Below are positions 27,183 to 38,329 of a stretch of 64,000 bases of DNA, one piece after another (within the stretch, counting starts at the first letter, position 1; every line of letters starts with the position of its first letter). The notes below the pieces were generated by a model. It had not been told where the DNA came from, searched no databases, and worked only from the letters and a program-made list of their open reading frames with translations. The DNA comes from Camelus ferus (Eukaryota): assembly GCF_009834535.1 (NCBI RefSeq), contig NC_045697.1, positions 112,470,001 to 112,534,000 on the forward strand. The letters run 5' to 3'. Position numbers and translations under genes: made by a program.

Positions 27183-27765
27183 GTATCAGTATTTAGTCAG
27201 AGGAGTTGAAAACTTAGAAAAATATATATGTTTGTTAAAAGAGCTTTTTATAAGGATTTAAATAATTGTAGCGGCAGGGTCAAAGATGTCTGTAAGGCTG
27301 CTGTCTTTGTGTGATCCTAGAGTTTAAATCCACACAACAGGCAGCTGGGAAGAGAAGATGAACACACATGGGAAAGAGTGAGCTGTAACTCACAAATATT
27401 TGCTGAAACCAATGGAAATGGATTGGAAGTCATAGTTCTTACTTTTCGTTGCTTTCAACCTTGGTGAGATAGGTGGCATACAGGAGAAACTGGTGCCCAT
27501 CGTCACCACAAAACCAAACACAAGTGTGGCCCAGGAGAGGCTGAGGGAGGATGACTAGGTAAGATGCACTGCACAAAGTCTACAGGAACCAGGTGACTCT
27601 GCCCCGCCCTGCTCTACAAAACCAGTACGGCAGCTGCTTCACCTGTGCCTGCAAATCTCCCCAGTTCGTCTCCATGGGTCACACTAACTGGAGTCATACA
27701 GGGGAGGGGGCACTCAGAAATGCTGTTTGTCCTAGCTCAGTGGACACAGTACAGAGTCACCACAG
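27183..27765 (-). mobile_element. Old ERVL-class LTR
   Basis: End ...cactaactggagtcatacaggggaggg...cagaaatg...ggacacagtacagagtcaccaca resembles LTR33/40/52-type ends. Confidence 0.6.
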
Positions 27766-27769
27766 TATC

Positions 27770-28235
27770 AAGGGTCCATTTGGAAATCTGGTGAAGTTTA
27801 TGCATCCTCTCTCAAAATAATGTTTTTGTATTTTTAAAGGCATATAATCAAATGCAGATTACAAAAAATACAATTATCAAAACATGAGGAATTCAAATTT
27901 GTGATGTCATCATAGACAGGCATTGTAATGCAGTGAACAACAAGATCTAGGCAGATGGTTAATAACAAAGTAATTTTGAAGCTTTGATAAGTGTGTATCA
28001 TACTTTACATAATTGTAACAAAATTGTAAAATGAAAATAGTGTCTATGATGAAAAGTTCATCAGTGTTGCTAAGCCTTCTGTGGTTTGTTGACTGAAGTT
28101 ATAATTCAAGAAAATGGTAAATTTTCAGTTAGGGGACAGTGAAAATGAAGATACGACATTTTTTTCCAATACATATGCAAAGATCTGTTCTATTCTATTC
28201 ATCAACCTTCGAAAGAGAAGCTATAAATCCTAGGA
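27770..28235. mobile_element. Charlie4/MER80-like hAT element
   Basis: tttggaaatctggtgaagtttatgcatcctctctcaaaataatgtttt...aattttcagttaggggacagtgaaaatgaagat. Confidence 0.6.
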
Positions 28236-28818
28236 TAGACTCCCTCCTTTGGAGTCACAGACTCCCTTGGTAAAAGATCTTTACCTATGTTTATTTTTTA
28301 CGGTAAAAAGTTCAAAGAAACATTTCTGAGGTCTTGATGCCCTGCTGTGAGGTATTACATGCTAAATGATGTCTGTAGTATAAAAAGCCTCACATAATTT
28401 TTTATATGTCTACAGTGAACAGCATCTCAGTATGTTTCTGTGAAAAGCAAAATCAACATTCCATAAGAAGTGTCAACACTAAATTATTAGTAGGCTTCCA
28501 AGATTTTTCTTCTTGCTATGAAGGCTTCAATGATTTTTTTTTTTTAAAAATAGTTTAGACAAAGTAAAGAAACACCATTTAGATTCCTGGGAATGGCAGT
28601 CACTAAATGTTTTTAAATGAATTTCTTTCAATCTGTCTTATACTGATAGGGACATTTTTTCTTCTTGCATACAATAAGACTGCAGAGTAATGCCCAGATT
28701 ATTAAATGGATATTGCTTTAAGAATACAAAGTGAAATAATATCCAATATTAGTATAGAATATCAAATTTCTGACTCAAGTTTCTTAATTGTCTTTTCTCT
28801 AACTTTGGCCCTTTTTAA

Positions 28819-30075
28819 TTGAAGTATAGTCAGTTTACAATGTGTCAATTTCTGATGTACAACATAATGTTTCAGTCATACATATACATACGTAAATTTG
28901 TTTTCATATTTTTTTCATTATAGGTCACTACAAGATATTAAATATAGTTCCCTGTGCTATACAGAAGAAACTTGTTGTTTGTCTATCTTATATATAATAG
29001 TATCTGTAAATCTTGAACTCCCAGTACATCCCTTCCCACCCCTTTTCCATCCAGTAACCATAAGTTTGTTTTATATATCTGTGTCTGTTTCTCTTTTGTA
29101 AATAGTACATTTGTGTCTTTTTTTCTTTTTCTTTTTAGGTTCCGTACATGAGTGATATCATATGGTATTTTTCTTTAACTGTCTGACTTACTTCACTTAG
29201 AATGACAGTCCCTAGGTCCATCATGGTGCTGCAAATGACATTATTTTATTAATTTTTATGGCTGAGTAGTATTCCATTGTGTAGGTATATCACAACTTCT
29301 TGATCCAGTCATCTGTTGATGGACATTTAGGTTGCTTGGCTATTGCAAATAGTGCTGCTGTGAACATTGCTGTGCACGTATCTTTTTGAATTAGAGTTCC
29401 CTCCAGATATATACCCAGAGGTGGGATTGCTGGATCATGTGGTAGGTTTATTTTTAGTTTTTTGAGGACTCTCCATTCTGCTTTCCATAATGGCTGCACC
29501 AAACTACATTCCCACCACCAGTGTAGAAGGATTCCCTTTTCTCCACACCCTCTCCAGCATTTATCATTTGTGGACTTTTGAATGATGGCCATTCTGACTG
29601 ATGTGAGGTGATACCTCATTGTAGTTTTCTTTTGCACTTCTCTGATAATTAGTTATATAGAGCATTTTTTCATGTACCTTTTGGATTGGTTTGTTGTTGT
29701 TATTAAGTTGTATGAGCTATTTATATATTTTGGAAATTAAACCTTGGTAAGTTGCATAATTTGCAAATATTTTCTCCCATTTTGTGGTTTTTCATTTTGT
29801 TTTGCTTATGGTTTCCTTTGCTGTGCAAAAGCTTGTAAGTTTAATTAAGTCCCATTTGTTTATTTTTGCTTTTATTTCTATTGCCTAGGTAGACTGCCCT
29901 AGGAAAACATTGCTAAGATTTGTGTCAGAAAATGTTTTGCCTATGTTTTCTTTTAGGAGATTTATAGTGTCTTGTCTTATATTTAAGTCTTTAAACCATT
30001 TTGAGTTTATTTTTGTGTATGGTGTGAGGGAGTGTTCTAACTTCATTGATTTACATGTAGCCGTCCAGTTTTCCC
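28819..30075 (-). mobile_element. 5'-truncated young L1 (ORF2 3' part plus 3' UTR) with ~60-bp target-site duplication
   Basis: ORF 29290-29637 ([40 protein letters not shown]) is the L1 ORF2 C-domain; direct repeats at 28758-28818 and 30076-30140. Confidence 0.95.
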
Positions 30076-30211
30076 AATATCAAATTTCTGTCTCATTATG
30101 TTTCTTAATTGTGTTTTCTCTACCTTTGGCCTTTTTTTAACTTTGTGTTCAACTTTGTTTTTGCATACTCTTAAGAAAAGAGGAGATATAGAGGCATAAT
30201 TTTATTCATTT

Positions 30212-31364
30212 TCTTTTTGTATTTGATAAATTTAGCACATTATGTTTTATAAATTTAAGGTGTACAGTGTGTTACTTTGATGCATTTATGTATTGTAATG
30301 TGATTGTCAGTAAAGCAATATTTATCATGTTACATCATGTTATACAATATAATTGTCTACATTTATGATACTGTGCATTAGATCGCTACAGCTTATTTAC
30401 TACTCATTCCAAGTTTGTTCCCTTAAATACCATCAATCTTATCCCTTCAGCCCCAATCCCCTGATAACTACTATTTTACTGTCTGTTTTTTATAGATTCG
30501 ACTTTTGTAGATTCCATATGTAAGTGATATCATATTTGTCTTTCTCTGGCTGACTTATCTCGCTTAGAATAATATATTCAAGATCCATTTATATTGTCCA
30601 CAAATGGCAAGATGTCCTCCTTTTCCATGACTGAATAATATTCCACTGTGTACATATACCACTTTTCGCAAACCATATATTGGATAAGGGCTTAATATCC
30701 AAAATATATAAATATCAAGTACACCTTAATAACAACAAAAGAAAACAATGTGATTAAAAATGGGCAGAAGAACTAAAAACAGTTGATAAAGAACCTGTGT
30801 TCTTCAAGGATCTGTTACACACATTCCACTTATACACACATTATTTTCAATAAGTATACTACTACACAATCCACAGTTGGTTGAATCTGTGGATAAGGAA
30901 CCATGGATATGGAGGGCCAACTGTAAGGTTACATGTGGACTTTTATCTGCATGGGGGTACTGCAGTGTTCAGTGGTCAACTGTGTAGACATTTTTTCCAA
31001 AGAGGCCATCAGAATGGCCAACAGGCACATGAAAAGATGCTCAACATCACTAATCATCAGAGAGATGCAAATAAAAGCAACAATGAGAGATCACCTCACA
31101 CCCATTGTAATGGCCATCATTACGAAAGAAGACAAGAAGCAACAAGGGCTGATGATGTTACTGTAAAACTGGAGCCCTATACACTGTTGGTGGGAATGTA
31201 AGTTAATCTAACTACTATGGGAAACAAAATAGAGATTCCTCAAAAAATTAAAAATAGATCTACCATGCCATCTAGTAATTCTACTTCTGGGTATACACCC
31301 AAAGGAAGTGAAAACAAGATTTTGACTAGATATATGCACACCCATGTTTATTGCAGCATTATAC
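30212..31364 (-). mobile_element. Older L1, 5'-inverted (3' end minus 30212-30667; ORF2 segment plus 30668-31364)
   Basis: Strand switch at 30667/30668; ORF 30933-31166 contains [21 protein letters not shown]. Confidence 0.88.
30780..30982. mobile_element. Tigger-type (TcMar) MITE nested in the L1
   Basis: Terminal inverted repeats cagttga...tcaactg; internal gttggttgaatctgtggat...gagggccaactgta; interrupts L1 at gggcagaag...|tagacatttt. Confidence 0.8.
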
Positions 31365-31949
31365 TTTTCAATAATACATTTAAAAATTTTGCTGTATTTC
31401 CATTATGGCTTTATTTTTAGAATATTTGCTGTGATAGAAAGTTTAGTGACTTGTTTACAATAACATACTATTCAGAATCAGCTATTAGCAATTATAATCT
31501 ATTCTAATTGTATTATAACATCCAAAAATCACTTTGATATATATTATTTCATTTTATAATCTTGATACTATAGCGCTGAAGGGAAATTTTTATTTTCTTT
31601 ATTTTATGGATAAGTAATGTCCAGCAAAGTGAAGGAAAATGATGTGCCTAAGGTAACATGGAAAAAATACAAGGTACTTGTTCTAGAATTTAACATACTT
31701 TGGCTTTCTCTTACAATGAAAATGTATTCATTATTTTATGTTTAATTTTGCTCCTCATAAAAATTATTTTATAGATGAGTAAGAAATTGTGGACTTTGAT
31801 AATTCTTGTGTCTGCTTTTGGAAATTATAGGAAAATCAGCAGCCCAATATTAATTAAGTGATTTTAAAGCAATTGTGGTTACTCCATCAGTGTGTTCTTA
31901 GATGAAAATTCTTTCACAATCTGACATTCTATGTTGGCTTGCTTGTTTA

Positions 31950-32287
31950 TATAGATATATATATATATAGATATATATATCTATATATATATATTTTTTT
32001 TTTTTTTTTTACTGACGTATAGTTAGTTCACAATGTTGTGTCAATTTCTGGTGTACCGCATAATGCTTCAGTCATATGTGAACATACATATGTTCACTTT
32101 CACATTCTTTTTTACCATAAGTTACTGCAATTACAAAACAGACAGAGTCACAGACAAAACAAACTTACGGTTACTAGAGGGGGAAGCAGGTAGGAAGGGA
32201 TAAATTGTGAGTTTGAGATTTGTAGATCTAATCTAATAAAACAGGTAAACAACAAGTTTGTACTGTACAGCACAGGGAACTATATTC
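31950..32287 (-). mobile_element. Short young L1 3' UTR, 5'-inverted, with a (TA)n/poly-T tail
   Basis: Minus segment 32011-32130, plus segment 32131-32287; TSD ttggcttgcttgttta (31934-31949) vs ttggtttgctttttta (32288-32303). Confidence 0.9.
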
Positions 32288-32839
32288 TTGGTTTGCTTTT
32301 TTAATGTTTAGGAGCTGCATCTTGATGGCATGTTCATCATAGTATGGAAGTTCCATATTGATTGACTGCTGTTTTCACAGTTATGTTTACTTAATTTCAT
32401 TTTTGTCATTGGTGGGTGGAGTAGTAGCATCTACCCTGCGAAGCCCACGTGGCTGGTTTCTGCACATCAGGGCGCCCCTTTCCTCCCAGATGGTAATATG
32501 CATCCAGACCACTGCCTCTTCTTTCTCACCCAGCTCTCCAATCTGCCATTCCTCCTGGCTGAAGTTAGACAGCTCTCCACTGTCACAGCTTTCCTCAGCC
32601 CTCCTGTCTCGACCTTCATCGATGGCTGCTGGGCTGTGGCTACTGCCAGCTTTCTCCCACCTCTGGGGGTGCAGAAAGCTTGGTTTTATAGTTTCAGTGC
32701 TGCTTTTTACCTTTACGGACAGAAATGCTGTATATGTTCTAGCCATTAAAATAAAATATGGGTATCACACAGGGTTCTAAATGGTTTTTATATCAATTCA
32801 TTTAATTCCCTTAAGGTGGGAATTACTACTGTTGGTACC

Positions 32840-33220
32840 TTCATATTCCAAAAAAAGACACTGAAACTGAGAGGAGTTAGATAACGTGGCTAAGATGATG
32901 CTACTGCTGGCCAAAAGTGTTTGGACTGGAAACCAGGTAGGGGCTCCAACCTTACTGTACCCTTTAGGTACATAGAATATTGAGGATTCTGTCAAGCCTT
33001 CTAACACCATGCGGTCGATGAAAAGCTCAAGCTTTGGAGTGAACTTAAGTTTAGATCTTTATTCTCATACTTCCTCATTGAGTGGCCTTGGCCTTAGACC
33101 AGGTGCTTATTTAGTCTCAGTCAGGTTGAACCTGTTTGTAAAATGGTGATGATCAGCCTTTATCCTTTCATGGTTTTTAAGTTCTTTTCATGACACACAA
33201 GAGGCCTTAATAAATACGAG
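32840..33220. mobile_element. Two MIR fragments in opposite orientation
   Basis: gacactgaaactgagaggagttagataac (minus core) and tctcagtcaggttgaacctgtttgtaaaatgg (plus core). Confidence 0.55.
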
Positions 33221-34015
33221 TTAGATTTTTAAAATATAATTTCATGAGCATTTAATTTATTAAACATTATTAAGTATTAAACTAAAAGAGTCTTTAAAAA
33301 ATAATGTGGCCATTACTTTAACCTATTTTTAAAACATTTTCTATGACATTACTTTTATTTCCCAAGTAATATAGACATAAATTCTTCCAATGTATCATTT
33401 CTTCTCTGCCTTCTTGTGTATTGGATACTTTGTGGATCTCCAATAATTATTCCATATTCTGTAATGTGAAAACTCTCACTGTTGGTCTTCCTTGTCCCTG
33501 ACCAGTTTTCAGAGGTGTTAAACTCTCCCCAAGTATGTTTGGAACATCTCACCACGCCCTGCACGTGATCAGAAAGATACTTGATATAGATCTCTGTCAG
33601 TGCTTCGCCACTAACTTTATCACCTCAGAAAATCCATTTGGTTTCTCTGGGGTGCAGTTTCTTTATTTTATAAAATAAGAGGAGTAAGCATTATAAATTT
33701 TATTGTCTTTTAAAAGGCAAGGGTTTATTTATAAATTGCACTAGCCGTTCTAAATTTCAAAGCATATTTTTATGTAGTCTAAATTGATCTTGTGGTCATC
33801 TCTTTTTGAAAGGTCAGAAACCTGCACAACGTGATCTGTGATGTGTCTAAAGTTTGATCACTGGTGGCAGAAATAAAACCAAGTCAACTTTTTTTTCTCC
33901 ATATCATTACCCTCTATAAGGTATGAGACAAATTACAAACCAATAGCAATACTAATAGTAATGCTTTTTCCCTTTCAAACTAGAGAAGTGATATATATCA
34001 AAGTTGAAAATTATA

Positions 34016-34170
34016 GCACAAGGAACTATGTTTTGGTATCTTGTAGTAACCCGTAATGAAAAAGAATATGAAAACGAATATAGGTATGTGTCTCTATGAC
34101 TGAACTATTATGCTGTATACCAGAAATCGACACATTGTAAACTGACTATATACTTAAACAAACAAAAAAA
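34016..34170 (+). mobile_element. Severely 5'-truncated young L1 3' end
   Basis: gcacaaggaactat...acattgtaaactgactata followed by an A tail; perfect TSD gaaaattata at 34006-34015 and 34171-34180. Confidence 0.92.
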
Positions 34171-34411
34171 GAAAATTATAAATTTGAACTACATCAAGTT
34201 TGAAAATAGGGAAAACATTTTGGAATTGTATTATATTTAAATGTTTTTTAATTTATATATTTATAATATTTATCCCACTCATTTAAAAAATTATAAAAAC
34301 GATTTTCAATTTACTTTTCATAGTAAAGATTTGTAATTCTGGAAACGCTGGATCCAAAGATATCTTGTTTATTGCTGGACATTTTAAGTTTCAATGTGAT
34401 CATAAAGGAGT

Positions 34412-34504
34412 TCTTTTTAAATCATATTTTAACCAGCTATTGCTAATAATATCTGTATCTTTTTAAATTATATTTTTAGCCAGCTATTGCTAATAATATC
34501 CATA
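34412..34504. repeat. Tandem duplication, two copies of ~46 bp
   Basis: tctttttaaatcatattttaaccagctattgctaataatatctgta followed by tctttttaaattatatttttagccagctattgctaataatatccata. Confidence 0.92.
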
Positions 34505-34629
34505 TGAGATCTTTAGGCAATCTTCTGCAATCATATATACTAGCTTTATTAGATTAACAGACAAGTCTTTGTTTCCAGGCTTATATTCCTATCATATGTG
34601 TGTGTGTGTGTGTATACATCTATATAGTG

Positions 34630-34862
34630 ATAGCAAACACAATTAGCCACGTTAAAAAATACTTTATTAACTCATTTATTGTTACAAAAACTCTTTGTGA
34701 TATGCACTATTACTATCCTTACGTTACATTTGAGTAAGCTGAAGGACAGGAGTCAAGTAATTAGCTCAAGGTCACAAAGTTGGTGGAGAATAGACCCTGG
34801 AGTTTGTACATAACACAGGTCATCTGCCTTTGAAGTCTGAGGTCTTAACTTCTATGCCATGA
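34630..34862 (-). mobile_element. MIR
   Basis: actattactatccttacgttacatttgagtaagctgaagg...gtcaagtaattagctcaaggtcacaaag. Confidence 0.7.
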
Positions 34863-36099
34863 GGCCTCCTATAACTTTTTTTTCTCCTTTCCATCTACTA
34901 AAGGTATTTTTTCTCGTTAGCATTTTGTTGAATCAACTGAAGCTTGTAGATCATTATTAAGTATTAGTGATGCTATGGGTATTTTTTAGCTATACCCAGC
35001 CTTTAATGGGATTGCTTTTGGTTGTTTACTATTAAAATTTCTTTGGCAGAGCAGTGTTGTTATGCTAAAGCTATCTTTCATAATGTAAAATACACCCTTA
35101 TATTTCCATTGAACTCAGAATGTTTCTCAGAAATGTGTTTTGAATACTATTAAATGGCTATTAAATGGCTTTTAGCAGCAAGATGATCACGGATGCTTTT
35201 TTCTTTTGACTCAATTATAACATATTTTATTGATAACTTTCTAAATAGTTTAATAGTGTTGGGTTTTTTTTTGCAGTCTTGCAATAAATAGCAATTAGTC
35301 ATGGTTCTGAATTCCATTCGCCTAAAGTTTGGTTTCAGTATTTGCTTTTATATTCTTAAAGGAGCTTATATTTTGTGTAATCTTTGGCAGTTTTTATATG
35401 AAAATAATATCAGATAATTCTCAGTCTTTGTGGCTACTTGTAGGTGGTCTCTTATCTTGACGCCCTTGTTTTCTCAGCTGAGAATTGGTTTTTAAAAAGG
35501 AGGGTTTATATAACCCTGTGGCATCACATTAATGGGTAAAATGTGACTTCTGGCATCACTGGATTGCAGTCTTACTCTGTGCTTCCTTGAGTTGTTAGAC
35601 CCTGTGACTCCCTCTTGGGCCACCTTGGCTGCACATTGGACTGGGCTGCGTTGTGTGATCCCGATTGTTTTCCTCCACCGAAGTCTTAGCTCAGTTGGCC
35701 CCATACCTGTGTCCTGACAGTGTCATTCTCCCCTCCCCCATGGAAGACTGCTGGCTTTAAAATCAGTGTTACACACCTTTAGTAATTGAGAGAGGCTTAG
35801 AAATTCAACTAATTATTTTTTTCCTTTGCCCCATCACAGTTCAACCCTTTTTAGCATCCTGGGCCACCTTCCCCCTTACAGGCATGTCCTGCACAGCTGA
35901 CATACGTCCAAAATGGTGACTTGAAAAGTAATCCCTCGATCTTAAGTATGCCTCTCAATCCATCAGGCATGTCCCTCCCTCATTTGAACTGAAACCTAGA
36001 TGAGTGAACAGGGACATGTGCCAATTAGATAACGAAAATCAGTCTAGTTGTTTCCAAAAAATATTAGATTAATACTCCGTTTGTTACAACAGTGTTGAA

Positions 36100-37960
36100 A
36101 GAACTGGAGGGGCCAAAGGGAGTAAGATAAAGTTATGGGGCAAAAAGAACAACAAAAAAAAGCAACTCAAGATTTGGTAACTGGTTTTTCTCTTCTGGGC
36201 TGGAGAGACAAACGCTTTCCCATGCACAAAGGGTACTGTGCTGAGAAGGCTTCTGTGCTGGATTCCAGATGCCTGAGCTTGCCCTGGTTTAAGCAGCTTC
36301 CAGGATCCCTCACTGCCGCTGTTCTCTCCTCCAGTGCTGAAATGTGTGCTGCACTGTCCTGCTGGAGATGCTGCCAAAAACTTGAAGCCAAGAGAGTCAC
36401 ATTTCCCTTTCTTTTGCCTTCTGGTTTTCAATGTGTGCCTCCTACTGGAAGTTTAACCAAGGGAATCTTAGAAATGTCACTCGTGGTGTCACGGACTCCT
36501 TATAATATAACAGAGCACAGAAAAGTAGGAATGGAAGCTGAGAGCAGAGAGACAAAAGGTCAAGCTGGCCCTTACCTTTGGTCTCTCAGTGTCTATTCTC
36601 AGCCTTCTATGCATGTATAGTTTCCTTGCAACAATAACAACACTTTCATGTTTTGCCTAATATGATAAAATCATTTTCATACAAATGAAAGGCTCTTACC
36701 GTCTTCCCCAAAAGGGAGAAACAATGTTTCATCAGTCCTTATATCCATCTCTAGGAAGAGCAATTCCTCTTGTGATTATTAATACTCCCTGATGGGTCTA
36801 TTTTAACCTAAAAATAATACTTTAAAGTAAAAAATATTAGAGGGAAAAAGGAGGGAAAAGTAAGTTAATATATTCAATTAAATGAGGAAACTGTACAAAT
36901 TTACTGCTAATGTCCTCATTTCTATAACTTCCTTCTTGACCATACAGTTATCAGCCAGAACCCTAGCTTGTAAAGATTCTTCTCTGGAGGAGTGACCCAA
37001 ACCTTCATTTCCAGAAAGTTTTAAATTCTGCAGTCGGGTATTTATAGGACTGTAGTAATTTTCCATTAACATTTACCATTGAATGTGGAATGACAAGAGA
37101 AGCCCCAGAGAATCCCCTGGGTTCCAGACATAATCCTTCCTGTCCTAGTGTATATCCATAAGCCAATTTTCTCCTCATAATTGGGATCAATCAACCTAAC
37201 CAGCAAAGCGACTGTCTGCTTTATGAATTGGTTCAATGGGGAAAGAATTCAATAGTGGACTGGTAGCAGTTTCAATGCCCAGCTAAATTAAAACAGTATT
37301 TTATACCCTGGGGAGAGCATTGCACCCTCAGGAACTAAGAACTCTGAACCATCAAAGACAAAAGTTTTGAGTAATGAAAGTAAAAATTCTTCACGTAGGT
37401 TATTGGGTCTAAGAGAGGAATCACTTTAGGACATAGCTACAGGACATTTTGCACTTAACCTTATTTAATCTATATACCACGTCCTATTCGACTGCACTCC
37501 AGCTTCACAGATTGCTTGAACTGAGCTTTCAATAGCCCACACACTCTACCATTCTGTCAGGTGAGCTGCCACTGAGTAACAAACAAACAGGGCACATCGT
37601 AAGGAAGGTGAATTCCCTGACTTAAACCTTTTGTTGCTCTTTGGTGAAAACCAATGTTGTATGAATACCTGCATTCCGGTCAGGGAAGACAAATGCATTT
37701 CCAAGAATAAGTGTCTATTCCAGTGAGTAAAACTCACTGTCCATATCATGATAGAAGAGATTCGGTGCAACTAACCTACTGCCACTTGGCTTGCTGGTAC
37801 AATAATTGAGGGTTCATTGCTGGTGTTTGTTGCAGCAGGTTGGGTACCCAGCAGTGGTGGCCAGACAAGCCTAGAAGAGGAAAGACCATGTTGTTGAGCT
37901 ACGTATAGCTTCTCTCCCTGTCAGCGCGGCTACTTTGTAACATATGTCACTCTGGAGTGA
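36100..37960 (-). mobile_element. ERV-L-class provirus remnant: decayed integrase, dUTPase, PPT and 3' LTR
   Basis: Minus-strand motifs QQHGL (37882-37896), GIDTYS (37704-37721) and LIDPNYEEKIGL (37159-37194, dUTPase motif III-like); LTR/internal junction near 36565. Confidence 0.85.
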
Positions 37961-38329
37961 GAGGAGAAGGATAACAAAGATGCACATTTTGGGTCATTTA
38001 AAATTTTTTTTCACCTGTTTTTTGAGATCCTACACACACACAGACACACACACACACACCATATTGTTAGCATTTCATGGCTTAGGTATCATTTCCTCTA
38101 ACAAATTCCCCTGAAATTCCAAGAATTAGTTAGATGCTGTTTTTGTATGAGGTCATATCTACACTCTCTCTGTAACACTATATTGTAATTGTCTTTTAAA
38201 CGGCATTCCCTAGTTTGACTGTAAAAACACGTGTGGACAGGCCGTCTTTTATTTATTTATGAATCTCTGGTTGCTAGCCCTTGTCTGTCACATAGCACTT
38301 CATGCTGGTATTTGTTGACAGTGCTTGCA

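Noticed and set aside
29290..29637. 115-aa ORF with a Cys/His/Trp-rich motif
   Set aside because: L1 ORF2 C-terminal fragment in a truncated element, not a host gene
36084..36620. Longest ORF in the track (161 aa) and overlapping minus-strand ORFs
   Set aside because: Lies within the ERVL-type LTR, with no recognisable protein
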